Assembly: GCF_964204645.1 (NCBI RefSeq)
Contig: NC_134026.1
Location: forward strand, 7,401,950-7,465,949
From: Tubulanus polymorphus
Taxonomy: Eukaryota > Animalia > Nemertea
Length of the DNA: 64,000 nucleotides
Reading direction: 5' to 3'
The notes under the pieces are model-generated. The model was not told where the DNA came from, did no database searches, and worked only from the letters and a program-made list of their open reading frames with translations. Below, piece after piece: positions 37,701 through 49,700 of this stretch. A program made the translations under genes and the position numbers. Each line of letters opens with the position of its first letter. Positions within the stretch are counted from its first letter, which is position 1.

Positions 37701-40700
37701 GATCAACACAGCCTTATTATTTGACTAATTGTAGTTATAGTCACAGCAGAACTCAAACGTTTGTTTCTAGTGATGCTGAACAGCTGATGACTTAGTGTTT
37801 GTTCTGATTGTGAATCAATTGATGATCAATCAATTTACCTGTTTGATTGACCGGTTTTTACCTGGATGATGACGCTGCTGCTGCTGCTGCTGTTGCTGCT
37901 GCTGTTGCTGCTCCAGAGTAAATCACAGTTTGTATTGCTGACACTGATTGCCAATCATAGATCAATCACAAATCAATCAATATTATTGATTTGATTACTG
38001 TTTATACGATTATTAACCAGTTACATCTCTCGTATGAGTTGTTTCTTTAGACAGGGACACAATGTGTCAGAGCAGATACACTGAATATCTACTGCGAAAC
38101 TCGCTTTACAAACTCGCTCAAAATGTTGACGTTTTATTACATGAAATAAATTAGATAAATGATAAATGAATTTTGAGATCTCAAATATCTCGGGAATAGT
38201 TCAGGCAATTCTGACTTCTAGAAAGGTATTTATAAATCTAGGCAAAATTAACAACAAAAAGCCCCAACCACAGCTCTTCCAACCCTAACCCACTGCCCTA
38301 ACCCCCTAACCCCTTGGGCCGTGTGTCTAACCAGCGGACCACCAAGTTCTGGCGACTGACTGAGTTTGTAAGTTAGTCTGGTCAGTTCTGGTGGCCATTT
38401 ATCTGTGGAGACCAGTCAGTGTAGTAACTGATATGACCAGTCAGCTGTGTGGTGACTGGAGACCAGTCAGGTTTGGTCATTCTTTTCATTAACAATACCC
38501 TCCATCATTCTCTGGTAACAACCATTTCTTATCATTTCAGTTAAAGCATTGTTTTTATCAGTCCCCATTGAATAAATGATCACAGCATTAGACGAATAAA
38601 AACTTGTAGAAATTTTTAGAAATACGTTTTATTTTAATAGTATTTTATAGAAAATATAGAATTGAGAACGATTTCGTTTGAAGTTGTCGGCCGCGACCTG
38701 TAGTCTGTGTGTGGCCTCACGTTTATTTTATTGTTCATTTTAATATCCGATATTTTTGCGCCGACCAAAGAAAGAGACAAGCGCGTCTTTTATTTGTTTA
38801 ATTGAGCGTGGCGCCCGCGGATCTGCCTGTTAGTCTACCGGCGGGCGGGCGCGACAGGGCGCCCTCGTAAAGTGTCGTATTTTAAGGCTAATTATTTCGA
38901 CGGACACACGTGAACCCCCGCCGAGCGTAAGACGCTCGCCGTCTTTAAGACTGATTGACGTCTTCCCCGCGTAAAGTGTCAACACTTCACGTCCTAGTCG
39001 TCGCTTTAAGAAAGTTCAAGTCTTATTTGTGAATCTAAGTAAGGAATCGAGTAACATAGGCCGAATCGTGGTTATCGTAATTCGGTTATAAGTAACGGAA
39101 CCTCTTTAAGTCTGACCCTATAGTCCGTAGGAGGATTAGAGCGCGGCTCTCTTATAAATTAGGCAGGTGCGCTGAATGGCTTCTTTCACCAACTCAATTA
39201 TCGTTCAAATAGAACGTGAATAGAATAAATAAACAATGAATTTATGTTGTTGAGAATCTTTTATATTCGTCATGAACGGGGACCGTGTTATATTCGAAAG
39301 TCACATTTAACTCTTTGATGGTTTTTAGAAGCCACAATTTTCTATTTAATGGCGAAACGTTTTGTTTAATACGCGGTTTTTATTTGAGGCTCGCCCTGAG
39401 TGTAATTCGATATAAAGTCGATGATTTGGGGCAGTGTTTGATTTATCGTGTTACTTCTTCGTAAACTTCTAGCGACGAATTGTCATAATTGTCATTATTG
39501 CCCATATTTCCATAGAAAAGTAACATCTTTGAATAGAAGTAACTGTCTATCCTTGGAGTAATCATTGAATTACTCCAAGGACTATCTGTCTATGATAAGT
39601 AGCTGTCTATCTGTCTATGACAAGTAACTGTATATCTGTCTATGATAGGTAACTGTCTATCTGTCTATGACAATTAACTGTCTATCTGTCAATGACAGGT
39701 AACTGTCTATCTGTCTATGACAAGTAACTGTCTATCTGTCTATGACAAGTAACTGTCTATCTGTCTATGGCAGGTAACTGTCTATCTGTCCATGACAGGT
39801 AACTGTCTATTGGTCTATGATAAGTAACTGTCTATCTGTCTATGATAAGTAACTGTCTATCTGGCTATGACAAGAAATAACTGTCTAACTGTCTATGACA
39901 AGAAGTAACTGTCTAACTGTCTATGACAAGAAGTAACTGTCTATCTGTTAATGACAAGAAGTAACTGTCCATCTTTTTATGACATGAAGTAACTGTCTAT
40001 CTGTATGACAAGTAACTGTATATCTGTCTGTGACAGGTGACTGTCTATCTGTATATGACAATTAACTGTCTAACTGTCTATGGCAAGTAACTGTCTTAAC
40101 TGTCTATGGCAAGAAATAACTGTCTATCTGTTTATGACTAGAGTAACTGTCTATCTGTCTATGACAGGTGACTGTCTATCTGTATATTACAATTAACTGT
40201 CTAACTGTCTATGGCAAGTAACTGTCTTAACTGTCTATGGCAAGAAATAACTGTCTATCTGTTTATGACTAGAGTAACTGTCTATCTGTCTATGACAGGT
40301 GACTGTCTATCTGTATATTACAATTAACTGTCTAACTGTCTATGGCAAGTAACTGTCTTAACTGTCTATGGCAAGAAATAACTGTCTATCTGTTTATGAC
40401 TAGAGTAACTGTCTATCTGTCTATGGCAAATAAATGTATATCGGTCTATTATGAGTATCTGTCTATGACAAGTAACTGTTTATCTTGGGTCTGTTTTATA
40501 GACTGTTGTTATGTTCACATGGGGATTCAATTAATTGGCAACAAATTCTCAAAGTTTCTTTCAATTGTTGGTTTGTCTAGAATATAATTATCGTCGTTAG
40601 CTACGTACTTCAAACATTGGTGGAAATTATGATTTTTCTTTCTGGCTCAATGAAAATGAATCACGTCAGTAGAGACTAGGAAGGAAAGAGACAGGGACGG

Positions 40701-43700
40701 TTCAGTAAATCTGGCGCCGAACTTTCAATATTATTGTTCATCAAACAATAAACATTTCTGAGAATGATCAGGGATGTTTTCTGCGTGGACGGATGACGGA
40801 GACGCGTTCGCGTATTTATTATCTTCGCATTCGATGTATTTAAGACGATCGTCTCGAAAGTGAGGAAATGATTTAACTCTGTCTCTGAGTTAACCACATT
40901 TGATAGTCTCAAAACCGACAATTTCACGCGTAATTTCACACGGAACTAATTGACATTCTGAGGTAAGAAATTCATCGGAAAAAAAACCAAATTTTTTTTT
41001 CTCATTCAAATGAAATGAAATGAAATGACGCGAATTGTAAATCGAATGTGGGTATGATTTGACGATTGTCGCTCTTAATGATAATGGATTGTTGAGATAT
41101 AGTTTGAGGAGCGCACGGTGCCTGTCCTCTTGACCCTGAGTAGTCACTGTCTTTCTCTCCCTCTCTTTCTCTTCTCTCTCCCTCTCTCTCTGTAAGAGGT
41201 GAACAAAGTATATCTAACTGTGTCTATTTGCAGAAAACTTCACTTAGTTATCATTAAATAAAGACTCACATGAAAAACGTGCCCAGAATTCATAATGAAT
41301 CATAATATAGAGGGATATAGGTATTTAAACTAGGAGAGGTTGGCCATGTAATGTAATATACTAGGTGGTCGACCCTATACAGACAAAAAATTTTCCAACT
41401 CGTGGTGGCAGGTGTGAGCTCTTCATCTGATTGAAGAAATGTAGCGAAAATTATTTTGATATTCACGATTTTATTTCCTATAAAGGGACAAGGAGTTGAA
41501 CTTGTGGGCGAAGTTTCACATTGCAAGTTCACCGAATTAGTGGAATTCTAATAATTCATTTTCACTGTCATATTTGAACTAGTTTCGTCACAAAAAAGTA
41601 ACCTTTTAAATCGATTTAGTTTCTTTATCAATTCAGTTTATCTTTAATAGATTAAGGAGTTAATCATTTATGTTAAACCAAACCCAAGCCCGGGGAACCA
41701 GTACCTGAACTGGGTTCTGTAGAAATAGAAAAACTTCTAAGTGAATATTATTGCATCAAATGATTGGTTTGTGAAAGCGTCCGATCTATTTATCGGTAAA
41801 TTTAAAATAAGAATTTTCACTCGTGTCGATCCTACATAAAACATTGATTATTTTTAATATGAAAAGAACCAATTAAATTTACCATAAATTGATTGAATAT
41901 TCATTTATTTCGAGTTTGTTTATGAAATGATTTTATTCCTCGTTTCAGAAAAATATCCAAAAAGTAAATTTTAACTTTTTCATTTTCTCCGAATATTTCT
42001 GCTTCGCGCCGTTGCATCAAACATTGTTTTGTCATTACTTTGAAGATAATTTCATTTCTAATCGATTATCATTCAAAGTTCATTTTTAGATATTTAATTT
42101 TGTTATCTAAGAATAAACTTTGATTCATAATTTCAATTTAATGTTTTCATTTTATTCTAACTGCGCAGTACTTTCTTCTCCCATGGGGCTTATAACAAAA
42201 ACTATGACCTAACCGACACCCATCTGATGCCTTTTCGTGAAATGTTAAAAAGTTAAAGACTTTCTAAAATCGATACCGTATCTCAAATTTGTACGAGCAG
42301 ATTTAAAGCGAAGATGATAAAAAAGATTTTGTAACAGATTTTAAGAAAGTTTTGGTGAATGTTATTTGTGTTGATGAGGTGAAACTAAGAAGAGTAGAAT
42401 GGATAACATGACTGTCAATGAATTGTTTTTAGTTTGAAACCGAAAATTCGGATTCTTGACAAATTTTAGCATTTCAATATTTTAAGTTTTTCCACTTAGT
42501 GATTGTGGGACTTTACTTTAATACGTGTTGTTGAATGCGACCTACGGAATTCTTACCTGCCGTTGTGGAAATGGCGAATAATAAAACGACTATTAATCCG
42601 GGGATTATAATCCGCTGGTTAATCCGTATAATCTGTAATGTTAATCTCATGTTGATGCTGCTGGTAGTGTTTGTTGCGTGAGTGTTGAGTTTCCGAAGGG
42701 GAGGTCTCGTATTATACGAGATACTCTGTTACTATTGGATTAGACAACTAACCGGGTATTGTGGGTAAATGTTGATATACAACCAATTATTGACTTCCTC
42801 ACGTCAGTGTAGTCCCTAATTTCCACGCTTTACAATACGATCCCTATCTTCCATTCTTTACTGTCTCTATAACCCCCATTCTTCGGAATGGTATCTTTCA
42901 ACAATCAAAGGTTATCTGCTCGCTATTTTCAAATCTGACTTCTATTGTTTACAATGCAATCAGATTTATCTATCCGGCTTCCATTCCCTTTATTCAATTT
43001 ATTTAAATTCAAATTTTATTTCCGGGTTTTGTTTCTCGCATTTTAGTCCCGAATTCATTTATTCATCTGATTTTATTTATTAGTTTTTATTCTTTTCATT
43101 TTCGCATAGTTTTCTTATGAATTGAATTCCATATTTTCTCTCACAACTTGTTATTTCAATGTACAGTATGAATATATGATTCCATTACGCGCTTTCAGCT
43201 AAATTTGCTGTTTTTCTCACTTCTACAGCAGCTCAGTACAGTTACATTTCGGTAGTTTGTGTTCTAATTAAATCAGTCTCTCGTACAAACAAATATCTTA
43301 CATATGAATATCAATTGTTTTTTCATTGATTGTATGTTAAAGTGTTGATGATGTAACAAAATGTAACGATAAGATTCAACAATTTGTATTTCCATTATTC
43401 ATAACTACTGAATGTAACAAATAAATATTCTATGAAATCTAACAATTTTATGTTACATGTGTAAACTCTTGTGTCATTGTGAACTCTTGTTACATCGTAA
43501 ACTCTCGTCGCATCTGAACTCTTCAATTTTAGGTGATGATTTATTGTTATTCAGTATTTTGAGTTTTGAATTGTGTAAACAGCTTGAACTGATTAATAAT
43601 ATCAGTCAATAGTTTTACACTGTTCTCTCACTGCTCTCACTCTCTTCTTCCTATTGTCTCTCACTGCTCTCACTGGTCTCTTCCTATTGTCTCACGAAAA

Positions 43701-46700
43701 TCCGTCCTCAATTTCTAACAGTTCTCAGGTGATCTTTCAATCACTTGAACATTCTCAAACACGAATTCAAAGCGCTATGAAAAACTCCTAGCCCCAATAA
43801 AACTGATCACAACTATTTCTTATACGCGTATATTTAGTAAGACTAGTCTTATATATCCAGGTACCCTCAGCCAGTCGGCTAGCAGGAACTCTCCCCCAAG
43901 GACCCTCAGCCAGTCGGCTAGCAGGAACTCTCCCCAAGGACCCTCAGCTGGTCGGCTAGCAGGAAGACTCCTCCAGGGCTCCTCAGCCGGTCGGCTAGCA
44001 GGAACTCTCCCCCAAGGAGCCTCAGCTAGTCGGATAGCAGGAACACTCCTCCAGGGCCCCTCAGCCGGTCGGCTAGCAGGAACTCTCCCCCAAAGACCCT
44101 TAGCCAGTCGGCTAGCAGGAACTCTCCCCCAAGGACCCTCAGCTAGTCGGCTAGCAGGAACACTCCTCCAGGGACCCTAAGCCGGTCGGTTAGCAGGACT
44201 CTCCTCCGTCGCCTGGTACAAACTGTTCTATTGTTCTCTATGTGAAAACACAATTAGTATTTATTTCGCTCATAAACTGTTTTTAATGATATTTTATAGT
44301 TCAGATAATTCTCTAAACACTCGTGTCACTAATAACTCTCTCTCTCTTCTCTCCAGTCCTCCCTCTCTCTTCTCTCTCTTTCTATCTGTCTTTTCTCTAC
44401 TGTGTTATTTGGTGCAATATTGACTTGAATATTTGCCCAAGTTCAACTTGACTTCACAGATATTACATACATAAGTATGTTTTATAGAGATATTAAAAAA
44501 CGTATAGCAACAAAATTTTATAACGCGTGAAATCAGTTTAAAGGTAAAAGATGAGAAGTGGTTTGTAGTAAACGGGTGTTTTAAAGGCCCACCCAGATAC
44601 CTACCCCTAACCCCTCAAATCTTCAAATCAGTTGTAACTCTATTATTTTCTAGTACGTGTGAGATTTGAATAGATAATTCACGGACGAGGCACCTGTGTT
44701 CCGATTATTGTATTACGACGACTCCGTGACTCCGGCAACACGACTCCAAACGACCCGTCGACTTTACTCGCGAGACAAAGACTCAATCGTCGATCGTTCC
44801 CAGAATTAAGCACGGACTATAGCGTCACGTTTATTGTGTCTCCGTTGATTAAATACCCATTTATTTGCGATGACGACCAATTTCATACAGCTACACGGAA
44901 AACGAGATTGACTGTAACTGGTTATAAACTCGTGCAGTTAATTAACTAATGATGATTAGTTGTTGATATTCGTTAGTGTTTAAGCATGTTTATATGTAGT
45001 TAGATATTAAGAGGTCTGCGCGATCTGGAGCCATACGCTACAATTATACATAGAACTATAAGCGAAAGGGAAAGCCAAACTCCGCGATGTCACAATATAT
45101 TTGCCTTTGCTATCTTCGAAATTGATCAGCGCCCTCACCGGTGGTGATAAACAATGGGTTCTCGGAAATATTTTCGATTATGTTAATCTCTGCGAGCATT
45201 AAACATTACTGTTTTTCAAGATTTGCTATTAAGACTTAAACAAATCAATGAAAAACGTTAAATAAAGAATAGACACCGGCAACCAGTCTACAACATCTAT
45301 TGTTTATCGCCACCGGTGAGGTCGCTGGACAAAATACAAGATTACCAGCGGTGCCAAGCGGATTTTTGAGGAGTCGGCCTTCCCTTTTGCTCATAGTTCT
45401 ATGAATTATATATACGAGAATACCATAGTTATAGAGTAGCCACCTGGTGTGGAATCAGTAAAACATGAAAGACTAATAGCAACTTTATAGGTTACTCAGA
45501 CAGGTACTAATTTACCTGATGAGGCTACTATACATAAGTAGCGAAAGCCAATAAACGATAACGTATCAAACTTGAAATCATTGGTTATTTGTCTGACCTT
45601 CTACAGCGCATTTTCATACAGAAATATTCACGAATTTCTCGTCCCAGTAAAAGATACGTGTAGAAATTGAGCGCATAGTTACAAACGTGAATTTGATGAA
45701 AAATGTCATGTAGAAATTCTTTCCGATCCGGCGAGATCGGTAACATTGAAGTGAAAGCGGACGGAAGTATGAATGTCGCAAATGCGAGTGAAACTGTCAC
45801 GAGCATTATTGTCGTACGTTTTGATTTCGTAGTTTTCTGATCAGACGAAACCATTTTTGAACCTCTGAATAACTGAATTATTATAACACAATTCGATGTT
45901 AGAATCAAAGTTAAAGGCAGCACGTAAACATGGATGACAAATACCACAAAATATGTTATTTGGTCAAATAATTCATAGTAACATCCGAAAAACTGGTTGG
46001 TAAAATGAATCGACAAAATAGGGCTGAAATATAGAAACAATGCATTCACTGCAGTGATTATCAATATAACGAATCTAGCGAATCTTGGTGTACATATCAA
46101 ACGAGATGTGAACGGGAAGAGCACAACTGCCGCGCGTTCTAGAGTAATCGCTACTATCAACCACGAACTATTGCTGCACGCAAAGTCCATTATGAATTCA
46201 TAGATTTTACAACTGATCATCGAATTCATGATGAATATAGGACCATCTTTGACGTGGAAGAGAACGAACTGTAAAACAGGCATCAGCGTAAAATTGATAC
46301 AGTACGTGAAATCACAGAGAGACAAAGCGATAAGATAGTTAGCGTAAGATAAACTGCGGAATCTGCGACTTATCATTATCAGGAAAGTAGCTGGATTTCC
46401 GAAGGCTCCAAATAGGAACACGACAGGTAGAATGACAAGTGACACAGTGACAATGTAGATTCCAGACTTGTTCACCACAGACATGATGACCATGTAACTG
46501 TTATAAGTTCGACCAATCTGCATCTGAGTTGAATTCATGATTCATGAGGATCAAATGAGAGAGTACTGACTGTCTGAGAGTGTACTGCCTTCCCGAGAGT
46601 TGACTGCCTGTCTGAGAATACACTGGAACTGATGGTGTCTTCTCGAGTATTGGAAGATTAATTTAAGTTAGGTATAGAAATATCATTTCGGTCTATTGCA

Positions 46701-49700
46701 GCTATAATTCATTTAAAAAGGATTCATCGTTAACAGCAAAAAGAAAATCAATCCTTAGAGAGCGAAAGAAAGAGAAGAAATCTAATACAATTGACTCGGT
46801 TTTGGTGAAAGTTTGTTATTGTGTAAAATATAAATGTAACTAGATTGAATATCGATATTAATTGTATGAAAATTCATTGTAAATGGTGAAATATGTTATC
46901 GTAAAAGATTTGAACAGGTTGGAAAATATCAATCAGTTCAATACGAGGAAAAACACAGGTAAAAAATATCAATTGTTTATTGAACCATATAAATACACAG
47001 GACAGTAGCCAGGAGTTCTGGTAAAAATCCCCTAGGTAAAAATCCCCTGGGCAAAAATCCCCAAATATTCAAAGTAGGTAAAAATCCCCCAAATATTCAA
47101 GGTACCTTATGATGTTCCACAATGATAAATTGGATATATGTATCAATATTATGAATTAATTGACCTTAAGATTGTATCTACTTACACTACATTCAGAAGG
47201 AAGGGGATTTTTACCTACTTTGAGGAATTTGGGATTTTTACCGAGGGGATTTTTACCGCTAACAGGAGTTATCGATGCAGTTGTTTTTGTAATGTAATTC
47301 TTAGGATATTTTGAAGGGTCCAACAGGTCCTGCATTGTTGGACAATATTTACACTAAAACCTGCAGCACGATTTATTGTTGTTGATCCCCATTCTAGCCA
47401 AACTAATTTAAGTTATGTATCGTTAAAAAAATGACAATCGATGACAACAGATGACAAAAGGTAACTGGTGACCAGTCAGATGTAGTGACCGGTGACTAGT
47501 CATGTGTAGTGACTAATGATGATTGTTGTCGATATTCGTCAGTGTTTAAGCATGTTTATGTGTAGTTAAATATGAAGAGGTCTGCGCAATCTGGAGCCAT
47601 ACATGTAATGATGATTATATGAATGAGAATAAGAGTTTTAGAGGAGCCACTGGTATCAAATCAGTAAAACGTAAAATACAAATAGTCACTTTATGGAGCT
47701 ACTTTCGGATCATTCATTTGCTACGTTCGCATGAAACTTGACTTTTTCACCGCATAACGGCACTGCCCCTCCCCAAATGCGTACGTAATAAATGAATGAT
47801 CCCTTTACAATACCAGCGAAGGTTTGTATCTTAAAAAGACTAGTTCATTTACGTATTTACTGCTCTCTGCTGTTGCACCAAACCAAACTTGAAATCACTG
47901 GTTATTTGACTGAATTTCTACAGCGGATTTTCATACAGAAATATTCACGAATTTCTCGTCCCAGTAAAAGATATATGTAGAAATTTACCACATAGTTACA
48001 CATTTCAAACTGAGTGAACATATCATATAGAAAATCAGTCTTTTCCGGTGAGATTGGTAAAAATGTAATGATAGTGGATGGGAGTGTGAATATTGCAAAT
48101 GCGAGTGAAACTGTTACAAGCATAATTGTTGTACGTTTTGATTTTGTAGTTTTCTGATCAGACGAAACCATTTTTGAACCTCTGAATAATTGAACTATTA
48201 TAACAGTATTTGATGTTAGAATCAGAGATAAAGGCAGAACGAAAACGTGGATGACAAATACCGCAAACAATGTTATTTGGTCTGACAATTTATAATAACA
48301 TCCGAAAAACTGGTCGGTAAAATTCATGACCAAAGCTTGTAGAAGATTTACAACCAGGATATTCATTGTAGTAATCATCAAAATAACAAATCTGGCGAAT
48401 CTCGGTGTACATATCAAACGAGATGTGAACGGGAAGAGCACAACTGCCGCACGTTCTAGAGATATTGCAACCAGTAGCCACGTACTATTGCTGCATGCAA
48501 GCACCATTACAAATCCATTGATTTGACAACTGATCAGTGAATTCATCATGAATATAGGACCATTTTTAACGTGCAAGAGAACAAACTGTAAAACAGGCAT
48601 CAGTGTAATATTGATACAGAACGTGAAATCACTGAGAGACAAAACGATAAGATAGTTAGCGTAAGATAAACTGCGGAATCTGCGACTTATCATTAATAGG
48701 AAAGTAGCTGAATTTCCGAAGGCTCCTAAGAAGAACAAAGTTGGCAGAATGACCAGTGACACTGTGCGGTAGATTCCAGACTTGTTCACCAGAGACATGA
48801 TGACAATGTTACTGGTATAAGCGCGGGCAATTTGCATCTGAGTAGAATTCATGATTATGCAGATCAAAAGAGCACTGACTGTGTGAGAATGTACTGACTG
48901 CCTGAGAGCGTACTTACTGTCTGAGATTGTTCTGGCACTGACCATCTCTTCTCACACATCGGAAAACTTAACTTTAATATAAAGACATCATTAAGTCCTT
49001 ATTACAGCTATTATAATTCATTTGTATGCTTTATTGTTAACTGCGAATAGAGAATTACTTCTCAGAAATCTAACATAATTTAATCAGATTTTGTGAAAGT
49101 TTATTACTGTGTGAGATATAAATGTAACTAAATTAAATATCAATATTCGTTGTACGAGAATTCATTGTAATGAGTGAAATATCTTATAGCGAAACATCTG
49201 AACAGGTTGGAAAATATCCATCTATACAGGGAAAATACAGATCACAAAATAGCATCAGTTCATTAATTGAACCATTTGCATACACAGATCTGAAGCCAGG
49301 AAGGAGTTCACTTGGGCGTTTTATTCATTTATCCCTTGTATGTGAATTTTTGTTGTCTGGCTTCCGTGAGACCCTTATTCTAGTACCGCCTGGCTATGTG
49401 CGTGTATGTATGTGTCTGTCTTTAGCTACTTAGCTTTATTAATAGTTGGTTTCAATCTTGATGAAACTTGGGAACAATGTTAGTATGGGGGGTCTGCATC
49501 GAAAGAATCCACCCTGTGCGCCACCTAGTGGCAGAACTAGGCACTAAAAACTGTTTTTCACTGAAATTACCTTGAAGTGACTGAGGAACAAGGTTGAAAT
49601 TCAAAAAGTTGTATTGACAAAATTGGCAAAACTAGCAATTTGGTGATTTCAGAGTTCGAGTTCGAATCTGAGCCCGAGAACCATTGTGGTTATTGCTTGT

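Larger units (their letters stand above)
44950..49305. repeat. Tandem segmental duplication containing the two GPCRs (~44950-47015 vs ~47515-49305)
   Basis: Both flanks align as well as the CDS (e.g. gtgtttaagcatgtttat...gaggtctgcgc.atctggagccatac; gtgaaagttt...tataaatgtaacta...gaacaggttggaaaatatc). Confidence 0.9.

Noticed and set aside
39536-40480. Possible CRISPR or coding repeat (ORF 40342-40587)
   Set aside because: Simple minisatellite without spacers; the translation has no protein-like character.
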